This document shows positions 21,167 to 27,144 of a stretch of 32,000 nt of DNA, piece by piece. The stretch's first letter is position 1. Each line of letters begins with the position of its first letter. A program made the translations under genes and the position numbers. Below the pieces are notes generated by a model. That model had not been told where the DNA came from, ran no database searches, and was given only the letters and a program-made list of their open reading frames with translations. The stretch is from Nitrosomonadaceae bacterium (lineage in GTDB: Bacteria; Pseudomonadota; Gammaproteobacteria; Burkholderiales; Nitrosomonadaceae), in contig OZ242188.1 of assembly GCA_965205785.1 (NCBI GenBank), positions 1,349,899 to 1,381,898 of the forward strand. The letters run 5' to 3'.

Positions 21167-22599
21167 CCGACACTTCCTTCAAGTTTCAGACCTAGAAGGT
21201 TAGTCGCTTCAACTGCAAATTCCATCGGTAATTGTTGGAAAACATCTTTGCAAAACCCGTTGATAATCATTGATACTGCTTCCTCACTACCTATACCTCG
21301 TTGAGCAAAGTAGAACAATTGGTCTTCACCGATTTTTGACGTTGATGCTTCATGTTCAACTTTCGCGCTATTATTACGTGTCTGAATGTAAGGAAAAGTA
21401 CTTGCACTAGACATATCACCTATTAGCATCGAATCACACTGTGAAAAATTACGGGCACCTGTAGCAGTTGGTGCCACCCGAACTAATCCACGATAACTGT
21501 TATTGGAGTGTCCAGCCGATATACCTTTGCTAACAATAGTGCTACGTGTATTTTTACCAATGTGTACCATCTTTGTGCCGGTGTCCGCCTGTTGATAATT
21601 ATTGGTGACAGCTACTGAATAAAATTCACCAACTGAGTTATCGCCCTGTAACACACATGAAGGATATTTCCAGGTAATTGCGGAACCAGTCTCAACTTGA
21701 GTCCAGGAAATACGAGAGTTCTTGCCTTTAGCTAGGCCGCGCTTAGTTACAAAATTATAAATACCACCGATACCTTTCTCATCACCTGCGTACCAATTTT
21801 GGACAGTAGAATATTTGATATCCGCGTTATCCATTGCAACCAACTCAACTACAGCTGCGTGTAACTGATTAGTATCGAATCTGGGTGCTGTGCAACCTTC
21901 AAGATAGGAGACAGTGCCTCCTTCCTCAGCAATAATAAGTGTACGTTCGAACTGCCCAGATTCTTCAGTATTGATACGGAAATAGGTTGATAAATCCATC
22001 GGGCATTTGACTCCTTTCGGGATATAGCAAAATGAACCATCGGTAAATACTGCTGAGTTCAGTGCGGCATAGTAGTTATCGCCAACCGGGACTACAGAAC
22101 CGAGATATTTCTTTATAAGCTCAGGATGCGAATGAACGGCTTCAGAAATGGAGCCGAAAATGATGCCGACCTCAGCAAGTTTCTCTTTATAGGTAGTCGC
22201 TACCGACACACTGTCGAAAATTACGTCAACTGCAACACCAGCAAGTGCTGCACGCTCGTGCATTGGTACACCAAGTTTTTCGAATGTACGTAGCAGTTCG
22301 GGATCAACTTCATCCATACTGGCTAATTTTTTCTTGGGCTTTGGCGCAGAAAAATAACTGATTGCCTGGAAATCAATCTTTGGGTACTTAACATTTGACC
22401 ACTTCGGTTCTTCCATTTTGAGCCATTGCTGATAGGCTTTGAGGCGAAACTCTAGTAACCATTCAGGTTCATTTTTCTTGGTAGAAATTAACCGTATGGT
22501 GTCTTCATTTAGTCCTTTTGGTGCAATATCAGACTCAATTTCTGTGACGAAACCATGTTTATAGGGTTTATTGACAACATTTTGTAACACTGCACTCAT
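21163..22599 (-). CDS. sufB: Fe-S cluster assembly scaffold SufB
   Basis: 478 aa. ...KGL.E..I..IS..K.EP.W....R...Y... and the C-terminal HEA..SKI.EDQLFY...RG......MI..GF are typical SufB. Confidence 0.95.
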   Translation of the reverse strand: MSAVLQNVVNKPYKHGFVTEIESDIAPKGLNEDTIRLISTKKNEPEWLLEFRLKAYQQWLKMEEPKWSNVKYPKIDFQAISYFSAPKPKKKLASMDEVDPELLRTFEKLGVPMHERAALAGVAVDVIFDSVSVATTYKEKLAEVGIIFGSISEAVHSHPELIKKYLGSVVPVGDNYYAALNSAVFTDGSFCYIPKGVKCPMDLSTYFRINTEESGQFERTLIIAEEGGTVSYLEGCTAPRFDTNQLHAAVVELVAMDNADIKYSTVQNWYAGDEKGIGGIYNFVTKRGLAKGKNSRISWTQVETGSAITWKYPSCVLQGDNSVGEFYSVAVTNNYQQADTGTKMVHIGKNTRSTIVSKGISAGHSNNSYRGLVRVAPTATGARNFSQCDSMLIGDMSSASTFPYIQTRNNSAKVEHEASTSKIGEDQLFYFAQRGIGSEEAVSMIINGFCKDVFQQLPMEFAVEATNLLGLKLEGSVG

Positions 22600-22636
22600 T
22601 CTATTAACTCCAATATCATTTTTGTATGTTTCTCAG

Positions 22637-22978
22637 CTAGGCTTTAATTGGTTCTTTCAGGCTGAAGCTTTCACCACAGCCACACGTGTTATCTACGTTG
22701 GGGTTGTCAAATTTAAAAGTATCGTTGAGTCCCTCCCGGACGAAATCAACGCACGAGCCATCCAGAAACTGCAGACTACTGGCATCAGCCACTACATTAG
22801 CGTTATGCGACTCGAACAATTGGTCATCAGCATGTATTTCGTCAGCGTAGTCAAATGTGTAAGCGAAACCGGAACAGCCAACTTTTTTTACACCAACACG
22901 CAAGGCTACTCCCTTTCCCCTTTGTGCAAGTTTTTTCAGAATTTGTTTTGCTGCATTTTCAGTTAATGTAATAGCCAT
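22637..22978 (-). CDS. sufA: A-type (HesB/IscA/SufA) Fe-S cluster insertion protein
   Basis: 113 aa. ..ITLT..A...I.......G..LR.GV...GCSGF.Y.F and the C-terminal CGCGESF motif. Confidence 0.88.
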   Translation of the reverse strand: MAITLTENAAKQILKKLAQRGKGVALRVGVKKVGCSGFAYTFDYADEIHADDQLFESHNANVVADASSLQFLDGSCVDFVREGLNDTFKFDNPNVDNTCGCGESFSLKEPIKA

Positions 22979-23043
22979 TGCTATCCCTATCTATTCTCAA
23001 AATTGTAAAAAAGAAAAATAGCCCGTTTTCACTGTAGAATTAA

Positions 23044-23526
23044 TTAAGCTGAGGACACAGCGTGTTTTTGATCAGAAGTAAGTTCACGCATATCCACCAT
23101 TTCTATAACACTGTCCTTGTTTATTTGTTGTTCATCAACTAATTGTTTCAGACTTACTGACCCTAAATGGTCAAATATAAGTTCATTAAGTTTTTTCCAT
23201 AGATCGTGTGTCATACATTTCTTATCATTGTGACAATTTTCTTTTCCGCCACATTGTGTCGAATCAATGGGTTCATCAACAGCAAGGATGATATCGGCTA
23301 CTGAGACATGTTCCATTTTTTTGGCAAGGCAATATCCGCCACCTGGGCCGCGCACACTATCAACTAGTTTCCTTTGGCGGAGTTTGGTGAATAATTGTTC
23401 AAGATAAGATAATGAGATCTGCTGCCTTTTACTTATTTCAGCAAGTTTTACTGGCTCACTGGTACGTTGCATTGCAAGATCTAAGAGTGCGGTAACTGCA
23501 AATCTTCCTTTGGTTGTTAGCCTCAT
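23044..23526 (-). CDS. iscR: Rrf2-family Fe-S transcriptional regulator IscR
   Basis: 160 aa. MRLTTKGRFAVTALLDLA...ISLSYLEQLF.KLR...LV.SVRGPGGGY.L aligns closely with E. coli IscR as I remember it. The cluster ligand spacing C-x5-C-x5-C-x2-H (CGGKENCHNDKKCMTH) is retained. Confidence 0.88.
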   Translation of the reverse strand: MRLTTKGRFAVTALLDLAMQRTSEPVKLAEISKRQQISLSYLEQLFTKLRQRKLVDSVRGPGGGYCLAKKMEHVSVADIILAVDEPIDSTQCGGKENCHNDKKCMTHDLWKKLNELIFDHLGSVSLKQLVDEQQINKDSVIEMVDMRELTSDQKHAVSSA

Positions 23527-23574
23527 AAAATTGCCTCTTAATTTAGATTAAGCTATATGTAACTAATGTTGCTA

Positions 23575-23627
23575 ATACACGATTAATTTAGTCAACTATA
23601 AAATACTTGATTGATTTAGTCAACTAT
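23575..23627 (-). promoter_or_regulatory. two tandem IscR type-1-like boxes with an embedded sigma70-type promoter for iscR-suf
   Basis: Reverse-strand 25-mers ATAGTTGACTAAATCAATCAAGTAT (plus 23603-23627) and ATAGTTGACTAAATTAATCGTGTAT (plus 23575-23599). They match the type-1 consensus ATASYYGACTRWWWYAGTCRRSTAT (recalled from the E. coli literature) at 24/25 and 23/25. TTGACT (plus 23618-23623), a 17-nt spacer and TATAGT (plus 23595-23600) lie inside the boxes. Confidence 0.55.
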
Positions 23628-23749
23628 ATATTATATTTTTTATTAAGCTGAATGGATATCTATCAAATAATTGAAATATATAAGAATTATATAGTTAATA
23701 GGAATATTAGGGGTATGAATCAGGTTAATCGTTTAGAAGAGGACGATTT

Positions 23750-24367
23750 TTAACGAATGAGGAGATTCATGTGAGCTTTAATTAGCTTAATTGCTCTATT
23801 TCGGAAATGATTGCCATCTGAATCTTTTACCCACATATGTAGCAAGCCAATAAAAAATAACTGTGTATCAATAGCTAATTGGGCTGGTTCATGTGAAGGG
23901 TGTAATAACCCTTGTTCCCCTGCTTTCTCATAAGTAAGACGTAATTTCTCTTCTATACCAGAACATGTTTGCAGGATTTCCTGTAAAACCACAGAAAATT
24001 CATTCACATATTCACATTTAATCATCATGATTTCGTAAATCTGTCTGGTTTCGACGCTATTACTGAGGAGCTGGATTGTTCCACATAAAAAATTTTCGAT
24101 TCGTACTAGAGGATTAATATTACTTTCAACTAGTAGTGTATCGTCCATGCGATCTATTAGAGGTAGAAATACTTGTTCACGCATAGCCTGAAATACTTCA
24201 GTCTTATTTTTGAAATGCCAGTAGATTGCTCCGCGTGTGACCCCGGCCTGTGTCGCTATATGCTCCATGGTTGTACGGCTAACCCCGCGAGCTAAAAATA
24301 CTTCACGCGCTGCGATAATGATGCTTTTTCGCGTCTATTCGGCATCTTCTTTAGTTTTTCTAGCCAT
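23750..24367 (-). pseudogene. AcrR-like TetR-family efflux repressor interrupted by an in-frame amber codon at codon 11
   Basis: Reverse-strand ATG at 24367 reads [57 protein letters not shown]..., in frame with the track ORF 23750..24268. TAG is at plus 24335-24337. E. coli AcrR begins MARKTKQEAQETRQHILD. A restart at M34 would lack helix 1 of the HTH domain. Confidence 0.8.
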
Positions 24368-24410
24368 ATTTTCAGATATTTGTTTACATACGAGGATGTT
24401 TGTATATAAC

Positions 24411-24435
24411 TACATACATACATACATACATACAT
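24411..24435. repeat. tetranucleotide microsatellite (TACA)6 plus T
   Basis: tacatacatacatacatacatacat read directly from the sequence. It lies 44 nt upstream of the acrR-like start codon, in the former divergent promoter region. Confidence 0.95.
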
Positions 24436-24442
24436 GAATGTA
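24431..24442. promoter_or_regulatory. operator-like palindrome TACATgaATGTA (AcrR-operator-like half-sites)
   Basis: The 5-bp arms TACAT and ATGTA are separated by GA, and the left arm continues into the TACA repeat. It resembles the E. coli AcrR operator as I recall it (TACATACATTTGTGAATGTATGTA). Similarity only. Confidence 0.3.
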
Positions 24443-24447
24443 AGCAA

Positions 24448-24455
24448 GTTATTTT
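24448..24455. repeat. left copy of the 8-bp target-site duplication GTTATTTT
   Basis: Identical octamer at 27186-27193, immediately outside the two inverted-repeat termini. Confidence 0.8.
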
Positions 24456-24490
24456 GGTAAGTATCCCTTCGCAACAAGTGAAAGATAATG
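24456..24490. repeat. left terminal inverted repeat (IRL)
   Basis: ggtaagtatcccttcgcaacaagtgaaagataatg, compared with the reverse complement of IRR ggtaaatatcccttgacaacaagtagagcataatg. Confidence 0.75.
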
Positions 24491-24712
24491 GATAATAATA
24501 CCAACCTTGGCAAGGTAACGCCAATCGCACTTAGACGGATGGCAAAATCAATTGCATCAAATTATGGTGATGATGGAGCAATAATAATTACGGTAGGGAA
24601 AGAAGGCGCCCGTGTAGGTGTTGAAGGTTTAACGCCTCAACAAATTCAGGATGCCCTCTGTGTTGCTATTAACTACAACTTCTATTTCTCAGAACAAGAG
24701 TCTACTTCTTAA
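24488..24712 (+). CDS. hypothetical small protein (IS cargo), 74 aa (or 57 aa from M18 at 24539)
   Basis: ORF-track ORF with a protein-like sequence (GDDGAIIITVGKEGARVGVEGLTPQQIQDALCVAINY) and no family I recognise. Its ATG lies inside IRL, within the spacer of an IRL promoter-like motif, so the start is uncertain. The 3' end overlaps the HNH gene by 11 nt. Confidence 0.45.
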   Translation: MDNNTNLGKVTPIALRRMAKSIASNYGDDGAIIITVGKEGARVGVEGLTPQQIQDALCVAINYNFYFSEQESTS

Positions 24713-24953
24713 CTTTGTCTGATTTTTCTCGGTTCTCTTCCCAGTGTAATGGTTGGAGGTTACTTGGATTATCAGAACCACCTTTAGACTCTGGATGCTT
24801 ATGGTCTATTTCCCATCCATATTCACCCGTAGTCCCATAAGATGGCTTCCTAATCTTATTGTCCTCGCCATCTTTTCACCATACATCTGGGTTTTTACCT
24901 CTAATGGGCTTAGCCTTATCCCATACTTGCTCTATTGTTTTCTTGCTTGCCAT
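24702..24953 (-). pseudogene. small HNH endonuclease gene with an in-frame TGA at codon 26
   Basis: Reverse strand reads MASKKTIEQVWDKAKPIRGKNPDVW-TGA-KDGEDNKIRKPSYGTTGEYGWEIDHKHPESKGGSDNPSNLQPLHWEENREKSDKVKK-TAG. The GWEIDH...GG.D...NLQPL....N..K.D pattern is the small HNH family signature. TGA is at plus 24876-24878 and there is no downstream Met for a restart. Confidence 0.75.
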
Positions 24954-25040
24954 GTTAAAAATACTCCATAAAACACGCTTTATTCAAACTTGACATACTA
25001 TATATATGTATGCTCAACTATAAAGCGAAGTTGAAAGAAA

Positions 25041-25107
25041 TGGAGCGGAAGGGAATTGAACCCTCGGCATGAAGTTTAGGAGACCACAGTCGTACCTAAC
25101 CCGCCCC
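25041..25107 (-). ncRNA. 67-nt tRNA-like element resembling a tmRNA tRNA-like domain; lacks an anticodon arm
   Basis: Reverse strand: GGGGCGG-GUUAGGUACGACUGUGGUCUCCUAAACUUCAUGCC-GAGGG-UUCAAUU-CCCUU-CCGCUCC-A. It has a 7-bp acceptor stem including G3:U70 and a discriminator A. The 5-bp T-stem ends in G53:C61 and carries a canonical 7-nt T-loop, UUCAAUU. The central 35 nt form only a UUAGG/CCUAA hairpin. GGUACGAC resembles the GGnUUCGAC motif at the tmRNA 5' end. No CCA is encoded. Confidence 0.45.
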
Positions 25108-25128
25108 AATGTTTATTAGTGCCTCACC

Positions 25129-25182
25129 ACCCGTATTAAGTTTGTCCGACAAGACTGAGACTTAATACGGGTTTTTCTATTT
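25129..25182 (+). terminator. plus-sense intrinsic terminator-like hairpin
   Basis: 13-bp perfect stem acccgtattaagt (25129-25141) with acttaatacgggt (25160-25172) and an 18-nt loop, followed by TTTTTCTATTT on the plus strand. On the minus strand it sits 21 nt 5' of the tRNA-like element with no U-tract after it. Confidence 0.55.
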
Positions 25183-25231
25183 GGGTCGCGAGCAACGAAG
25201 GCATAGTACGCTCGGCCTCTGCTTTAGAGCC

Positions 25232-25780
25232 TCATAATTCACCTTCCTCTTGTGATTGGTTAGAATCTTCATCGTCATTCTCTGTGCTATCAGTTTGACT
25301 AATGGGAGTGGTTGTGTAAACGCTTCTTTTGTTTGGTTCCTTGTAAATTTGCTCATTCTGAACCATGCGATATAGCTTAGCCGTTAGTAACGGACGCTTT
25401 ACAATTTCCTTGGTTTTATAATAAATTCCTATCAAAATTCTATCTAAAGAAAGCTTGCCACCAGCAGCGTCTATCAACTCGGTTATTAAAATTTCTTGTG
25501 GGTCTTTATTTTTGATACTTAACTGTTCAATTACTTCCTTTGGTAAGCCAGCTAGTTCTTTTTGAAACAATATTCCGGCTGGATCAACATCATGTGACGG
25601 CAGATTTTTGTCTCTGTCTATCCAGGTTTTTTCAAGGAATGTGAGTAGGGAGCGAAAGTGTTCTGCACTTTCACAATGGAAATTTAATTTTTTCGGATTA
25701 CTACGTGTAGCGGTTGCTCTACGGTCTTGATACTCTATTTGGGACTTTACAAAGTCGATGTGATCTGCTATATTGTTCAT
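25232..25780 (-). CDS. hypothetical protein (IS cargo), 182 aa, possible C-terminal winged-helix region and acidic tail
   Basis: The only long ORF in this interval. AAGAGGA lies 9 nt upstream of the ATG. The segment GGKLSLDRILIGIYYKTKEIVKRPLLTAKLYRMVQNEQIYKEPNKRSVYT resembles a winged-helix fold by pattern only. The tail is TENDDEDSNQSQEEGEL. No family recognised. Confidence 0.7.
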   Translation of the reverse strand: MNNIADHIDFVKSQIEYQDRRATATRSNPKKLNFHCESAEHFRSLLTFLEKTWIDRDKNLPSHDVDPAGILFQKELAGLPKEVIEQLSIKNKDPQEILITELIDAAGGKLSLDRILIGIYYKTKEIVKRPLLTAKLYRMVQNEQIYKEPNKRSVYTTTPISQTDSTENDDEDSNQSQEEGEL

Positions 25781-25869
25781 TGCTAACTGTCCTCTTTTCT
25801 GTCGATGGTTTAAGCTCTAAACTTGGTTTCCCTCAATAGAGGGGTAAAAACCCCAAGATTTGATTCAGA

Positions 25870-25898
25870 AAGCCGAGGTCTAACCACCTCGGCTTTTT
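25870..25898 (+). terminator. plus-sense intrinsic terminator-like hairpin in the leader region of the 182-aa gene
   Basis: AAGCCGAGGT (25870-25879) pairs with ACCTCGGCTT (25886-25895) around a 6-nt loop, and a TTTTT run follows on the plus strand. On the minus strand only CUUUCU follows. Confidence 0.5.
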
Positions 25899-26078
25899 CA
25901 CGTTCTTCCATATTAACATAAGATGCTGAAAATAGCAACGCTATTCCACAATAAACATGATAAGTTACGGATGCTTTAGCCGTGAGTTAACCCCATAAAT
26001 AAACGTGAGAAAATTATACTATATATTTCAATAAGATATAATTTCTTAAAATAGTGTTGTTAAATTCATGAGGAAATA

Positions 26079-26243
26079 ATGGCTATAAAAACGACAAACA
26101 AACAGACTAAATATTCTATATCATTATCACCAAAGGATAAAGAAAGACATAGGGATAACAAACGCGTTGAGACAACCAGCGGTAATAGAGGCCGCTTTAA
26201 TCGTCTTCTTGATGATGCCGTTCTAGGTGTTAAGAAGAAATAG
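26079..26243 (+). CDS. hypothetical small basic protein (IS cargo), 54 aa
   Basis: Below the ORF-track cutoff. ATG at 26079 with GAGGA 5 nt upstream. Translation MAIKTTNKQTKYSISLSPKDKERHRDNKRVETTSGNRGRFNRLLDDAVLGVKKK. The 3' end overlaps the transposase 3' end by 14 nt. Coding status unproven. Confidence 0.4.
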   Translation: MAIKTTNKQTKYSISLSPKDKERHRDNKRVETTSGNRGRFNRLLDDAVLGVKKK

Positions 26244-27123
26244 TAGGTTTGCTGATCTGTGCTAGCATCCTATGAAACATACCAGCTGGTGCTTCACGGT
26301 TGTTATATCTGAATGCAAACTCATTTACATATTTCTGTAAATGCTTACGTGATACTGAGGCATGGGTACTTCGGATACCGCGTTTTAGGTGTGACCAAAA
26401 ACCTTCAATTGTATTTGTGTAGTAGATACCGTTTACCCACTCATCAATATTGTGATTAACCTTACCATGGGTATATCCCATATTTTTTAGTGATGTATAG
26501 GAACGGTGTGTATCAGTTGAAATTGTAGTTCCGGCTTCGATATTATTTTGTACGATTGGTAGTAATGTAGCCCTTTTCTCATTGGGTACAACCTTACCTC
26601 GAAGCGATCCATTACGTTGCACCATTCCAAACACTGTACTCTTATTTTTGAGATATTCTCCTTTACCTTGCTTTTTAACTTTTACCTTGCCACCAATATA
26701 GGTTTCGTCCATTTCAACATGACCGGACAAAGAGCTAGGGTTGTTAGCTTTATCCCTTGCAGCCATGAGTTCACGCAATTGGTGTCCGATGCGCCACGCA
26801 CATTTATAGGTTACTCCTAGCTGACGTTGTAGTTCCTTGGCTGATACACCATTACGGGTTGCGGTCATAAGATACATCGCATAAAACCAATCTGTTAATG
26901 GTGTACAGGATTTCTCAAAAACTGTTCCCGAGCAAGGGTAAATATGACAACCTTCCTGACAGGCAAAAGCACGCCGACCTTCTATCCGAGTTAACTTACC
27001 AACTACACCACAGCTCGGGCATGAATCAATGTTACCATAACGCCTTTGAAGGACAGCTTGTAGGCACGTTTCATCATCAGGGTATTGGGCTTGAAACTGT
27101 TTACGGGTATATTTTTCGGTCAT
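26230..27123 (-). CDS. IS1595-family (ISXO2-like) DDE transposase with an N-terminal zinc ribbon
   Basis: Zinc-ribbon CPSCG...C..GC, then ...TPLTDWFYAMYLM...GVSAKELQRQLGVTYKCAWRIGHQLRELM...VEMDETYIGGK...TDTHRSY...GYTHGKVNH......TNTIEGFWSHLKRGI..THASVS.KHLQKYVNEFAFRYNNR. Start moved to the ATG at 27123 (GGAGA 7 nt upstream), because the track start at 27153 lies inside the promoter spacer. Confidence 0.9.
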   Translation of the reverse strand: MTEKYTRKQFQAQYPDDETCLQAVLQRRYGNIDSCPSCGVVGKLTRIEGRRAFACQEGCHIYPCSGTVFEKSCTPLTDWFYAMYLMTATRNGVSAKELQRQLGVTYKCAWRIGHQLRELMAARDKANNPSSLSGHVEMDETYIGGKVKVKKQGKGEYLKNKSTVFGMVQRNGSLRGKVVPNEKRATLLPIVQNNIEAGTTISTDTHRSYTSLKNMGYTHGKVNHNIDEWVNGIYYTNTIEGFWSHLKRGIRSTHASVSRKHLQKYVNEFAFRYNNREAPAGMFHRMLAQISKPTISS

Positions 27124-27144
27124 ATTTGTATCTCCAATGACTAA

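Noticed and set aside
22571-22966. 131-aa plus-strand ORF, plus other internal or antisense ORFs (for example 20562..20819, 21849..22040, 27544..27874, 29247..29967, 30690..30902, 31189..31437)
   Set aside because: All are nested in or antisense to strongly supported suf or RND genes.
23727-23752. 6-bp hairpin AATCGT/ACGATT at the acrR-like stop codon
   Set aside because: The stem is short, the loop is 10 nt, and the T-run is on the plus strand where no gene ends. It is not convincing as a terminator.
24237-24513. Track ORFs 24237..24437(+) and 24292..24513(-)
   Set aside because: They span the acrR-like N-terminus out of frame and the TACA microsatellite (translating to MYVCMYVC / IHTYIHT repeats). 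They are artefacts of the repeat and of the pseudogene's frame.
24753-24971. 72-aa plus-strand ORF
   Set aside because: It is the antisense shadow of the HNH reading frame, which has a recognisable catalytic motif.
25041-25130. A canonical tRNA, including long-variable-arm types
   Set aside because: Only 35 nt lie between the acceptor strand and the T-arm, so no D-arm or 5-bp/7-nt anticodon arm can be drawn. The alternative 5' strand GGTGAGG, 23 nt further upstream, has two mismatches with the 3' strand.
25185-25238. Plus-strand resemblance to a tmRNA tag-coding segment (TACGCT...GCTTTAGAGC...TAA versus TACGCTTTAGCAGCTTAA)
   Set aside because: It is on the opposite strand to the tRNA-like element, is interrupted, does not give an in-frame ...YALAA-stop, and overlaps the 3' end of the 182-aa ORF. 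I judge it coincidental.
25041-25450. A full-length tmRNA (ssrA) gene on the minus strand ending at 25041
   Set aside because: The acceptor 5' strand GGGGCGG lies only 67 nt from the 3' end. The sequence further upstream is the 3' end of a 182-aa ORF, and I found no resume codon/tag frame ending in ...ALAA-stop and no pseudoknot region.
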